DNA of 63,942 bases, counting the filler, from Collodictyon triciliatum (lineage: Eukaryota): assembly GCA_043381765.1 (NCBI GenBank). It is 23 parts of 23 records of this genome, joined end to end, with 100 filler letters (N's around TTAATTAATTAA, not from the genome) between each part and the next. Parts side by side here need not be neighbours in the genome. Positions count along the whole stretch, not along the records: positions 22,836 to 25,657 come from JBHJMP010008357.1; positions 25,758 to 28,509 come from JBHJMP010008358.1; positions 28,610 to 31,360 come from JBHJMP010008359.1; positions 31,461 to 34,210 come from JBHJMP010008360.1; positions 34,311 to 37,058 come from JBHJMP010008361.1; positions 37,159 to 39,907 come from JBHJMP010008362.1; 17 more parts are not named here. One strand, given 5' to 3'. Below the pieces are notes generated by a model, which worked only from the letters and a program-made list of their open reading frames with translations, searched no databases and had not been told where the DNA came from. The position numbers were made by a program, and so were the translations under genes. How positions within the stretch are numbered: the first letter of the stretch is position 1; every line of letters begins with the position of its first letter. This document shows, in pieces, positions 24,841 to 37,462 of the stretch.

Positions 24841-25657
24841 ATGGGAAATACTTTGTCTGCTGAAGACGCGCTTATGGAAGAAGTCCGGAAACTCTCTTAC
24901 TATCCATTTGCTGATATTGCCACTCTGAAAAGCTCCACATCTCTGAATCTCGGTAACAGGAATCTGTCATCTGTGCCGCCTGGTGTTTTTTTGTTGACTG
25001 GTCTGAAACTATTGGATCTTGGTCGCAATCAGTTGTCATCGCTACCTGCACAAATATCGTGTTTGACTGGTCTGAAAGAATTGGATCTTGATAGCAATAA
25101 GCTGTCATCGCTACCTGCACAAATATCGTGTTTGACTGATCTCACATATCTTTCTGTTTATAACAATGAGCTGTCATCACTACCTGCACAAATATCGTGT
25201 TTGACTGATCTGAAAGAATTGAATCTTGGTAGCAATAAGCTGTCATCGCTACCTGCACAAATATCTTGTTTGACTGGTCTCACATATCTTGCTGTATGCA
25301 TAAATCCGGTATGATTTTATTCATATATTATATTTCTATTTGTGTTTAAAAGATAATGACTGACAACGATACACGCAGATGGAGGAGCTTCCAGCACAGA
25401 TCACAGCACTCACAAATCTGAAAGATCTCTGGATAAACGCTGGATGCACACAAACCATAAAGAGAGCCCCGCGTGGCATCTCAAATCTCCCCTGCTGGAA
25501 CAACACAGGACACAGAGACTACCAACACATCCGCGCATTGCAGCTCTACGACCCCGTAAGCACACATCCACCCCCAACCCCCACATACACAACACAGGAC
25601 ACAACTAACATACCCCTAGGTCGATACCGCAGCTGAAGCTAAAAGAGCAGCTGAAGC
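24841..25657 (+). CDS. Short LRR protein, paralog of the 9147 gene, 3' partial
   Basis: Starts MGNTLS. Exons 24841-25308, 25379-25555 and 25620-end. Near-identical 69-nt units encode LSSLPAQISCLT. Confidence 0.9.
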
Positions 25658-27631
25658 NNNNNNNNNNNNNNNNNNNNNNNNNNNNNNNNNNNNNNNNNNN
25701 NTTAATTAATTAANNNNNNNNNNNNNNNNNNNNNNNNNNNNNNNNNNNNNNNNNNNNTCGTTGCTGTTGAGGGTGCGCTCCCGCTTTGTTCCAGTCTGCT
25801 CCGGCGTGTGGGCGGCCGTGGAGGTGGGTCTTTGGAACACAGACACAGATGCAGATACACTTGAGGGAGGACATCTGGTGGGCAGCTTTCTCTGCGATAG
25901 CAGCTTAGCGTGTTACTCTGCGGGTAGCAGACACACCAGCCTTTATCGTGGAGGTGGCTGCCTCTGTCGGCTTTGTCTGTTTGAGGGTGCTGCGAAGTGT
26001 TGTCTGTTTGCAGACATCGGAGTTGCCGCTCGCCTTCGCTTGGGCGGCGACGGGCTTTGTTTGCGTCCGCTGTGGGGCGGCGTTGGGTGCGGCTTTGCCT
26101 GTGAGCGTGCCTGCCGAGTTGGAGGGCGCGTTTGGGTCTTTGTCCGCAGCGGAAGGGGAGCCCATTGTGGAGTCTTTGGAGTTGGCGGGGGGTTTACCTG
26201 GGTTGGTGTGTGTGTGCTGACTCAGGAATCGGCGCGAGCAATGGTGTGGCTTTGCCTTTGTTGTGGCGCAAAGCGCTCGGCCATCTCCCTGCGTAGTTAC
26301 GCAAGGCCCAGGCCGCTCGACAGGTTGGATACCAGCAGCACAATGCCCTCCGTGGCGCACTCGCGGGTGCGATGGACTTCGCACAGCTGCTCCAGCAGAC
26401 GCAGGCGTGTGGCGTGTATCAGTGTCTCAGTGTACTCGCCCACAAGGCGCACCACGCAGCCGGCCAGGTAGAGTCCCTTCTCCTGCAGTCCCGCTGCTCG
26501 CTCCACCGGTCGCGTCCGGTAATGCTCGTATACCACATTCTCGTCGTCAAGTTGAGGCTTGGTTGCCATTCGTGTAGTTTTTGTGCAAAACCAAAGGGGC
26601 ACTGAATACAACCTACCTTTAAATAAAGCGCATAAAGAGATATAGATATTCTCGTTTGGACAAGAAAAAACAGAACTTTGAAGCCATTGTTTGGATGCTT
26701 TGTGTGTAAATGACTTGAAAAAACAACCAGGAAAAAAAATGAAACCATAATTCTTGTTCAAATAATGGTGACATACACGCCGAGTATGGATACACGCCCG
26801 ACCCAACACAGCACCATCGCCATCAGAACCCTCTAAAAATCTAAGTAAGTCTGCAGTTGTCTACCAATATATATTTATATGTTACAATCAGAACCAGAGG
26901 CATAGTTGAACTGTCGATATTTATTCATCTCCAAGTGCCCAACTATTTTTTTCATATGCTCCGCAACTATATCTATCCAAGACGCCTCTTGATTCCATCG
27001 TGGTAATTCGATTTTTTTTCCAAACACTGGATTAGATGATATTTCCCAGCCTCATCCGCATGTTGTTTGCATGGCCATGGTGCATCTTGCAAAGGTTTCT
27101 GCCATGAAAGTGAGAAAAGTACATCATCCAAAATCCAATCTGCCGCACGTCATTCATCGTCGATGTGTAAGAGAATACAATTTTTCTGTTTTCTTATACC
27201 TTTCATGCAAGATAGATGTTTTATTTTTCTCGTTCTTTTTATCCCGGAGCGCAATCCCCGATGCACAAGTGCCTATTTCTCGCCACCTTTCGCAGCTTAT
27301 GACGTCGACTGAATGCGGATATGTGGTGCATGCTTTCAGTTGCTAGGATTATGTTGTGCTTCTTTGTGAAACGGTTGCTCATCACCGCGGCCGAATATTG
27401 CAGCGTCTATCAATCGGTAAATGAACTCAAATCATCACTAATATAGATTAGCCAAGCATTTAAAAATAGTAATCATCTCCTCTTGTGAGTAAATATCGAA
27501 GTTCAAGGATAATGGAATCAAAATTGCTCGAAAAAGTATTTATTCTTTTGATATCGGGGGGGTTTAAAGATCTGGTTTACATTCTAAAAACTTGATGTTT
27601 ATCTTGTGTTTGGCATCGAGCCTCTTCATTG

Positions 27632-28509
27632 ATGACTCTGCACTGTACTCGGTAAATGACTGCTCTCATGTAATTAAAAAAACGACATATGCGTCAATCA
27701 TTGCGACTTGGAAAAAGAGATATATTTCGCACAGAATACTGATGATAGTATTTGGTGTCAAATAAGTTTTGATTGGAAAAATGACAGTAATAGCGAAGAA
27801 ATGAAAGTGCCACTCATTTACAGCAAAAGCAAGAAGGAAAGGCAAACCCATTTCTTTGTCTTTCCAACGGCAAGTTTTGGAAGCCCGCGATAAGGCTATC
27901 GAGCAGAAAGCACGCTTTGCAGACTTTTTTTGGCTGCTGATGTATCCGCATCGTGAACACACACTTTGCATAGGAGTTCGCCCTGGTTATCAAAAGTCAT
28001 CGCTTCGACCGATTGGATGATATCTATTGAGATAGTCTAGACACATGCGCAGCGCATCCGCATGAACTAAATCAAGAGTACAAATTTAACATTATATTGG
28101 TTTTTGATAAAAAAAAAAGGCCACTGATTTGCATGGAAGTAAAGAGAATACACTAAATATCTACTTTTCATATTTATTTTTAATGCTATTAGTTCAACGA
28201 ACACATTTAGATGAAAAAAAAACCTACAATTTCACTCGGCCAAATACACTCCTAATCGTTGAGATAGTCTCAACCAAACCTGTCATGGGTATTCGATGCA
28301 TACCTAAAATGAAAGAAGTTACGGTTTGAGTCTTTATTTATGATTGTCGAGGATTTACAAAGGGAGGAAAGTTCGCATCCCAATCTCTTTCTCGTAGCAA
28401 AACTTGAGAGGTTTGTGCCATGGGTGTGGTGCTAAAGAAATCAAAAAATTGAAATAAATTTGTAATAAAGTGAAAATATTAAAATATATGAGTTTTCTTG
28501 TGATTGTTT
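27632..28509. repeat. Dispersed repeat of at least 880 bp, copy 1
   Basis: Collinear and highly similar to 57086-57988. Confidence 0.92.
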
Positions 28510-29277
28510 NNNNNNNNNNNNNNNNNNNNNNNNNNNNNNNNNNNNNNNNNNNNTTAATTAATTAANNNNNNNNNNNNNNNNNNNNNNNNNNNNNNNNNNN
28601 NNNNNNNNNGACGTGCAATAGCTCTTTGGAGTTGTTGCCCATGAAAAAAGGACTTAAAGATGGCCCGATAATGGTTTGTGATCAGAGCTGGCTCTGGCTG
28701 TGGGTACGTAGAAGACGGAGAGGAAAAGGAAAGGGAAAGGAAAGGGCGATCCTGTCCTTTGGGCGCGGTGTCCACAGCCGCAGATTTATCGAAAGACATC
28801 CCACATATGTTATTTCCAAATTCTGCAAAGGAAGAATCGAAAAGAAAAGCCGCCAGACTAAATTGCCCACGGGCTGGGTTCGTCCGGCACAAGAAAATAC
28901 AGCAAGGCAGATGGGAAGGCTGTAAGTAGATTGTAAGACAATGCACATTTAATTGTGTGGGTGGGTGGAGGGTGATAAAATGGTATTTTTTTTTCCTTTA
29001 TTCGATTCAAAGATTTCAATTTGCGCGAGATGTATGCTCTGGTCATGGTTTGCTGGCCACGTAAATATCATCAGGTATAGCTAAGTGCTATAGGCTAAAG
29101 TTTGGCTATTTAAACATAAACACAAACTAATCCACGATAGAAACATAAATTGAGAGTGGACATGGTCATTATGGAAGACAAAAAAAAAAAAAGAAGCTAT
29201 TGGCACCCCGCAATTCTTCACGGGATATCGCATTTATTATGGGCAACAGGTACATAATGCGTAGTCATACGAGAACG

Positions 29278-29375
29278 AAGCTTTTGATTGATTTTCCCCC
29301 TTTATTCAATTCAAAGTGAATGGGGACAAAGCCTTACACAGAGCGAGAAAGATGCATGTGGAAAGCTTTTGATTG
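29278..29375 (-). mobile_element. Diverged retroposon tail insertion (about 72 bp) with 13-bp TSD
   Basis: AAGCTTTTGATTG at 29278-29290 and 29363-29375 flanks ATTTTCCCCCTTTATTCAATTCAAAGTG... Confidence 0.65.
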
Positions 29376-29885
29376 GTTTAATTACAAAGGTACTTCGATG
29401 CTTGCTTAGATGGAGGTGAGGACATGTTATTGTTGTTTTTGAAGCTGCCTCTGCCGCAGGGAGTAAGAAGTCTAAAATAACATTGTGTTTAAATTTTTCA
29501 CATCTCTTACTCAGGTTTTTTGAAAGAAAAGTAGATAGGCTAAAAAAAAAAAAATGAAATTATCTCAATTGGCACTGATCAATTCCACTTATGATTGTTG
29601 TCTACCCTAATCTTTTGAAAACAGATTATCAATATTGTGGGAAACTTCAACAAAATAATTACAATAATTCTATTTTGCTCTGGAGTTTCATTTCCTTCTG
29701 TTCTTAGCTGCGTGATTGTTGTTCTTTAATCTATATAAAAGGTAGCAAAGACTAAGAATTACATTTAACGTCCCTACATAACTTTCAAGTATCCTAAGGG
29801 GTAAGAGAGGATGCGATGATTTACAGCAATCCAATACAGATATTGTATTATAATTAATTGAAAGAGAACAAAAGTGCATGTTTCC

Positions 29886-30625
29886 TTACCTTTCAGGTCG
29901 TGATAAGTAGCGCAGTGATGAACAATTCTCTGTGGGCATTAATGAGTGTGGTGAAACTCCCATTTGATTCAAGTGAGTGGTAACAGAGGAGATGTCACCG
30001 CTTCTACGCAAATTGTCACGTAGTAAGCTACTAAAAAAGTTGTGGAACCTATTTGCTCTAATCAGACGTGATGGCTTCCAGACAAACAAATAGACCCTTG
30101 AGTTACCCCCGCCATCCAGCAAATTAGTTTCAGGCGGAATGTTTGGATTAGGTCCGGCCATGTAATCTTGTGGTTGAGTGTTAAAATTATCTGTGTCATG
30201 GGCACCAGGCAGAATCGTCGATCCGGTGCTCGTTTCAGATTCATGGGCACTCGTAGAAATTACACCTTTTAGGAATGATATTGCCGATGAAAGTAAGTGA
30301 ACGACATAATCAATAGGGGAGTAGGGCAGAGGAGTTTCGCCAGTGACTACATTGGTTCCCGCAGGTGGATTTGCAACCCCAAGACTTTCATCTGCGGATG
30401 AAGGTGTCTCCTGGCCAGGGTTTGAGAAAACGACCCATACTATGGACGGATTCACTATGTTGCGATATTGTGTTTCAACAAAGAACGCAAATCTTTCTGG
30501 CTGTGATACTCCCCCATACTCAAAGAGAATTGCCAGCAGGGCGAGAAGTATGAGACCCCACGTGAAATAAGAGTCGAAAACTGATGTGTTCTCCGATGTC
30601 AAACTATGACCAACTTGGAGCTCCT
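29886..30625 (-). CDS. Uncharacterised protein exon with one predicted TM segment
   Basis: Open frame of about 245 codons after a CAG acceptor, containing hydrophobic WGLILLALLAILF. No family recognised. Confidence 0.45.
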
Positions 30626-30726
30626 GTAACGAATAAATAATGAATTTTGACGGGAAAAAAAAATATATCCTATTCACTCTCCGGAAAAAGGATGGTACTG
30701 TCGGATGAAAAAAAAAATTAATCATG

Positions 30727-30795
30727 AAAATGAGAATGAAGATTATTTTTTTTCCTTTTATTCGATTCAAAGTGTAGCAAAATGAGAATGAGGAT
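30727..30795 (-). mobile_element. 35-bp retroposon tail insertion with 17-bp TSD (1 mismatch)
   Basis: AAAATGAGAATGAAGAT (30727-30743), then T-run+CCTTTTATTCGATTCAAAGTGTAGC, then AAAATGAGAATGAGGAT (30779-30795). Confidence 0.75.
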
Positions 30796-31495
30796 GAAAA
30801 TGAGAATGAGGCTGAGTTCGAAGACTCCACGATAACTTGGCATAAAAACCTTTGCATAGTCGTGAGATTTCTAGTTTTACCGCAAAGTCTGGAGGAAAAA
30901 AAACCATATGTGATTGATACTCAAAATTCACCATCTTAAGCTGCAGGGGTCAGAGGGAAGACTTCGTATACTTGTATTGAACGGAAGGTTTGAAGGTAAG
31001 TAATGAGTGTTCCCGCCTGCCAAGGTTGGATTTTTGTGTGAGGTAAATACGACAATGTGTTTGATGAACATGGTCATGACAGAAAATACTATTCTAATAA
31101 CATAGAAGACAGGGGACAGTAGAAAAAAAAAGGATGAGGCAAGAACAACGTAAAACCATGTGTGTTCTAAGAAGCCCCCTTTTTTTCTTTTTTTCTTTTT
31201 CTTTTTCTTTTTCTTTTTCTTTTTCTTTTTCTTTTTCTTTTTCTTTTTCTTTTTCTTTTCTTTTTTCTTTTTTCTTTTTTCTTTTTTCTTTTTTCTTTTT
31301 TCTTTTTTCTTTTTTCTTTTTTCTTTTTTCTTTTTTCTTTTTTCTTTTTTCTTTTCTTTTNNNNNNNNNNNNNNNNNNNNNNNNNNNNNNNNNNNNNNNN
31401 NNNNTTAATTAATTAANNNNNNNNNNNNNNNNNNNNNNNNNNNNNNNNNNNNNNNNNNNNGCATGTTCACTGCCACCAGCTGGTACTGGTGTTTA

Positions 31496-33743
31496 TCATG
31501 CACGCTTTGACTTTGCTATGCCACCCATACATTCTCTGAATTGGGTGCTGTATCCGGTTCTGTCCTCATCCAAGACGGGTTTTGAATTGGCTTTCTACAG
31601 TTACATATTCATGGTATAAATATACACCAATAATGGTTCTTTCATAAAAGCATAAAGAGTTGGTGGTGGATATAAAACGACCAGTTAATCTGTTGCATGC
31701 ATATATCTTGAAAATAATGTTAATGTTAATGTTTATGACATGACCCTGTATCTTGTTATCGTGTGATTCTCTAGAAAGAAGTAAAAGCAAGTATATACCA
31801 AATATTGGGCGATGTAAGAGATGATAATTGAACGGAAAGAAGAAAAGAAAAAGGAACGATTATTTGCTCTTACAGGATTGAGGAGCAGCTTTGACCTTTC
31901 AGCCTCTTTTTGCTCTCTCTGCAATCTTTCTTGTCTTAGTTTTTCGATTGTAGGCAATCCACTCTCTTGTTTTTGGGCTAATCCCTTTTGCTATACCAAT
32001 TAAGTGAGAATGGTGCCATAGAGGAGTATAATAATTTGTTTATTTGTTTTTATAAAAAAAAAATACATTTCTTTCGATTGGGGTGAATGCAGATATAGAC
32101 AGATAAAATATTTTTTTCCTTTATTCGATTCAAAGATAGACAGATAAAATATAGAAATATGAGACATAAGCCAACATCTTCACCATCCTGCACAAAATTG
32201 AAAGGAAGAATAAAAAAAAAATAGAAATATGAGACATAAAGTGCATATAATGGGGATATGCTTCAATCATTAGTGAAAAGTGGTAATTCGATTTCCCCTT
32301 TTTTCTCGCTGAAAAATAATAATAGTATATTATTTCACATAAACAAAGAACCAATTTGTAGGCTTACCTTGTCTTTACGCTTTTCCTTTTTCTTGTGTTC
32401 ATCATGCTCCTTTCCCTTTTTCTTTTCGAGTTCTTTCGTAAATTGCTGCATGGGATCCATGTCCTTCTTTCTCATTTCATCCTTTCTAATGGTAGAGACG
32501 ACAATAACAAAGAGAAAAGAAAAAAGAAAGAAAAGAAAACTAAATTTCGCGCTAGTTATGTTTGATACATCTACCATTACCTAAGAGGCACACAATATTG
32601 AGCGGAGGAGATAATTTGCCATATGTTGAATAGTAGTTTGTAATGCATCAACAAACAAACTTGAGATCGACTTCAGATAGTTTTTTTTTCTCATCCTGCT
32701 CAAGATACCATGGCTTTGATTCTGTGGGATATGCCGAGTCATGTGATAGAACCATCCATTTTCATCCATAATATTACGCTTATAATTTACTTCACAGAAA
32801 TAATAACTATAATAAAAAAAAATAGGCAACGTCCAGACAAGCATTTCGAAATGTTATTGGCTACAAGCCATTTCTGCTTTGGCAATTAGCTGCTTTTTCT
32901 AAAATATATATGTAAAAAAAAAATCACACCACACCAACCACACAGAGCGAGAGACGAAAACAAAAGAGAGAAAGCAATAAGCTAGAATGAGTTACTGGAC
33001 ATCTCGAGAGACCCATCGCCAAGATACGAGGTCATGCTCTTGGCCTGCAGCTTCTTGGCCTGCAGCTTCTCGGTCTCGGCCTCCTCATTGCCAGGCTGCG
33101 AGGGAAATTTCGTCAGAGAACAGAAGGGACCGCAGACGGAGGCGGGCAGTGGCCACGTACCGGTAGGAGGAGGAGGGCGGGGGAAGTTCCGAGGAGTGTA
33201 GCCAGAGGGTCGGGTTTGTCGTGGGGCGCCGGGGGCGGGGCAGGAGAGTCCTCTGCCTCACGCGATCTGCGCCGCTTCAACTCCTCTACTTTGGCCTCAA
33301 GCTCCTGTGTCAGGCGAGAGGGAATCAGAGAGGGAATGAGAAAGGGAATGAGAAAGGGAATGAGAAAGGGAATGAGAAAGGGAATGAGAAAGGGAATGAG
33401 AAAGGGAATGAGAAAGTGAATGAGAAAGGGAATGAAAGAGAGGGTTTGTCTGTCTGTCTGTCTTTCTATGTATTTGGTGGCTTAGTCGAAGCCCTCTTTC
33501 GGTCGCACAAACACACAAACGCGCTGGTAAGGGCGCTACGTACCACTTCGTTCCTGCGCTTCCGCTCCTTGGAGTCCTTGGCTGCCTGCTCTGCCTCATC
33601 CCTGTGTCAGGACAGACGGAAAGAGGGCGGTGTTTGTGCGTCTGTGTGTTTGTCTGCATGTGCTTATGCGTGCCTCACCTCGCCACCTTGGCCAGGTTGT
33701 CCCGATTCCACACATGCCAGCTCTTGTGGTGGAGGATATTCAT
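31496..33743 (-). CDS. LENG1: Leukocyte receptor cluster member 1 homolog (CIR N-terminal domain), multi-exon
   Basis: Starts MNILHHKSWHVWNRDNLAKVAR|DEAEQ. Later exons give MTSYLGDGS, KPWY, DPM, TIEKLRQERLQREQKEAERSKLLL and GYSTQF, all in LENG1 order. Confidence 0.88.
32095..32152 (-). mobile_element. 24-bp retroposon tail insertion with 17-bp TSD (in a LENG1 intron)
   Basis: ATAGACAGATAAAATAT (32095-32111) + TTTTTTCCTTTATTCGATTCAAAG + ATAGACAGATAAAATAT (32136-32152). Confidence 0.85.
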
Positions 33744-34550
33744 TCCGCGGGTCTGCTCCTCTGCTCAAAGCTCTCAGTGTTCCTGCGCGGTTGATCGCTT
33801 CTTGTTTCTGCAGCTCAGAGTCAGTCGCATTATCTGTCGTTGTGTTCTTCCGTGTGGTTTTGGCAGGCTTCTCTCAATTTGCCGTGTGGAGTGTTTTATT
33901 CAGCGATTGGGTACAGGGCGTGGAGAAGTGCGAAAGGTGTCCAGCGGGGAGGTGGCATGGATGGGGATACATGAGGTGATTAGGCGGTGTGAATACAGTG
34001 TCCGTGTGTGCGTATGTTTGTGTGTGTATGTGTGTGTGTGTGTGCGTGCGGTGGTCTATGCGATGGGCGCAGAGTGCGCGTCGGTGGGCGGTTGTGCGAG
34101 TGCCGTGTCAGAGTCGATGTCGTCGTAGTCGTAGTCGTAGGCGTCTGCGTCGATGTGGACGGCGTTGTGGATGAGCGACAGCGAGAAGGGCGCCGGGGCG
34201 GGCAGCGAGCNNNNNNNNNNNNNNNNNNNNNNNNNNNNNNNNNNNNNNNNNNNNTTAATTAATTAANNNNNNNNNNNNNNNNNNNNNNNNNNNNNNNNNN
34301 NNNNNNNNNNATAAAAAAAGATATAAAAAAGATATAAAAAAGATATAAAAAAGATATAAAAAAGATATAAAAAAAGATATAAAAAAAGATATAAAAAAAG
34401 ATATAAAAAGATATAAAAAAGATATAAAAAAGATATAAAAAAGATATAAAAAAAGATATAAAAAAGATATAAAAAAAGATATAAAAAAGATATAAAAAAA
34501 GATATAAAAAAGATATAAAAAAAGATATAAAAAATTTGAGATAGGCTCAC

Positions 34551-37043
34551 CCCACAAAAGTTTGCAAAAACTTTAATTCTTGTGGCTTCATCCTTGTATC
34601 GCTTCAACGTGGATAGCATGTTGACTAGATTCTAATAGAAATTGATTCTAAAATTGATAACAAAGGACATTCCAATATATGATTTCAATAAGCAAGCAAC
34701 ATAATCAATTCACTTTATTCGGGTGATATATTTAACATACCCCCTCAGCTAGATGTCTCAATCCGTACTTGTTTATAAAATAATCATAAACAAATTCAGT
34801 CATAGACTGTCGAGGATGATGCATTCTATTTTATATTGGAAATTTCCTTAATTCAATTTAAAAAAAAGGCAGAGAGCAGATGAATTTTTACAGGAAAATT
34901 GGAGAAAAATTGAACGAGGTTACTGATTGATATCTCATACTTATCATCTATATCATCAGCTATCATTTTTTCTTGGTAGATGCTGCTTATCATCTTCATC
35001 AAAGTTTTCATACTTAGTAGATTTGTAGAGCCTAACATAATTTTGTGGAAAAGGAAAGGTGAAAATTGATATGGGTGATTAATTTACTTTGGATATATTT
35101 ATACCTTTGAGAAGTTTGGTGAACAGTTTGGAGTTAATGAATCGGGACCACATCTTTAAAGGTACCTTTTTATTTTCAATAGATAGAATATGACATCGCA
35201 TTAAGGCAACTGTAATAATATGATAACGATACAATAATTTCAGCCAAGCAAGGGGAAGGGGACTGAGGGTTGAAATGGAATAGTGATATCGACACAATAT
35301 ATAATTCAAAGAATTGCTTTTTTTTTTTTATAGATAACAAATGATATACACCTCTGCTAAAGGAGCCTTTGTAGCTTTTTTTTTATCGTTATCAAAAAAG
35401 ACATATATTTTCGATAAGTATGCTATTCATAATTGTTTGAAATAATATCCGGTGATTTGAAAAGTGAAAATTATCAATGTGTTACCCCTAATTTTATTCA
35501 TATAATTAGTTGTTGAAATTGTGTAAAAATTCTCTCATCAAATCCAGGATGAAGATTCCGAAAAAAAAAAAAGAGAGAAAGAAAATGATAATATCCTAAA
35601 AGTTTGTTACCCAATCTCATCTTTCGTGACAGCAACAGGTTGTTCGAAAACTACGCAAAAAAAAAAAAAAAGATATTAGATACAGTAAAATACTAAAGAT
35701 TGACTCAGTTCGCACCATCCGTTTCGGGTAATTCATCATTCCTGGCCTCATAAGTTTCTGTCTGTGTTGCTTTGGCTGCTGAGTCGACAAACAACTCAGA
35801 CCTCAAGTTTCGAAGCCTTTCAAGTTCTTTTCATACATAATGTAAATCAGAAAGAAATTACCAAGATATAATGAGACGTATGATCATTTCTTTCGGTGTT
35901 TATGAAGTGTGCGATGGTTTGTTAAACCATGTTTTTAAGCATGCTTTATGAGGTGAATAATTCTTTCCTTTATTTTTGTACAAACAATTCAGGGTTAAGA
36001 TACATATAAAACAAAATAAATATATAATACCTTCAATCAATGAGGTATTCAACTTTTCCAATTGTATCATACGGTGCAGCTTCATGTTAAGATCTGGATC
36101 TATCTTCGATCTTATGTGTTTGTTCAGATTTCTCAAGTATTCCAGATCGTTCATGTAGGTAAAGATTCTTGTGCCTGAAACACTTCTGTTTATAGTGAAT
36201 TTTTTTGATGTATTCAAATCTCGTCATAGACGCCATGATTTCAATTGTGTGTGTTTTTTTAATACAGAGGGTGAGTCAAGTAAAGGAACCCAGAAAGTGC
36301 GAAAATTTACAAACATATCAAGGGGTGCATCTGTAGAGACGTCTAATTCGTTTCCACTAAATTCATGGGCATTCGATTTCACTGGAGTAGAATCACCATG
36401 AACTTGACGTATTCTTCCAGTGTACTCATCTTGGAAAAACAACCCAAAATATATTTCATGTAATCAAATCATAATTGAACGCGGGTTTATTTATTGGCTG
36501 GTAGCACTATGCCTTTATACATATGGCAGTATTTTTTTGATAGAAATATAAAATTACGCATTTGTTCCAACAATTCCTGGTACTTTCTTGATAGCTCCAA
36601 AGCCTTTTCGTTAGTATGCTGTTTTAAGAAAGAAGAAAAATTAAATATAAATTTCCTGGGGTAATTACATTCATTCGGACACAAACACAGACGCTGATAT
36701 ATACAGATAGATATATGTATAAAAGAAATATTCTGATAACCTTTTCTTTCCAAAATTTCTCATTTTCTAACTCTAAGAATCCTAATCTCTCTTTAAGTTG
36801 GATATTTTCGACTTGGTACCTGAAATGAAGAGTTAAGGTCATGAAGGGATTGAGTGACTATTGGTTTTAGTGAAGCAAGGAAAAGGGAAGGTAAAAAAAA
36901 AAAAAAAACTTGATACTGGTCAAACGGGGATTTATAAAATAATCGAACCTTTGTAGCTCCTGTCTCATTTTTTCTATTTCAGATTCACCGTTCCTCGATT
37001 TATCTTCAAAATCAGTGCAGACTTTTAAATACTTTCTGTGAAC
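34551..37043 (-). CDS. Uncharacterised coiled-coil protein with TSNAXIP1-like C-terminal region, internal fragment
   Basis: Many short exons, including LMKMISSIYQEKMIADDIDDK, MTEFVYDYFINKYGLRHLAE and LSTLKRYKDEATRIKVFANFCG. The family label is tentative. Confidence 0.5.
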
Positions 37044-37158
37044 TAAAAAAACAAAAAANNNNNNNNNNNNNNNNNNNNNNNNNNNNNNNNNNNNNNNNNN
37101 NNTTAATTAATTAANNNNNNNNNNNNNNNNNNNNNNNNNNNNNNNNNNNNNNNNNNNN

Positions 37159-37462
37159 TAAATCATACGCAAACAAGCGGGAATGGTAGCTTCCCAAGGA
37201 CTTTCCGGTAACCGCCTCAATCAGCATGGCCAAAAAGAACCCGTCCATTAAGTCATCGCAGATGTTCTTCGCCTTGAGCTCGATTTTTCCCAGGTGGTGG
37301 TTCACCCATTCCAGGGCAGCCTGTACTCAGTTGCCAGGTTAAGTAATCAATTCTCTTCGACATATATAAATATTCCTTGAAGATAATATTTGTATTTGTA
37401 CAGACTTCGTCAATGGTGACAAGGCTGACGTTGGCCTCGGTGCTTGTTTCGGTTGCAGACAT
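37159..37462 (-). CDS. N-terminus of a calponin-homology (CH) domain protein
   Basis: Exons 37462-37406 and 37320 to the contig edge. WVNHHL...ICDDLMDGFFLAMLIEAVTG is the CH1 signature (W.N..L...DL.DG..L..L.E). Confidence 0.8.

Noticed and set aside
25758-26570. GC-rich region with overlapping ORFs on both strands
   Set aside because: Possibly coding on the minus strand, but I could not establish a consistent frame or family.
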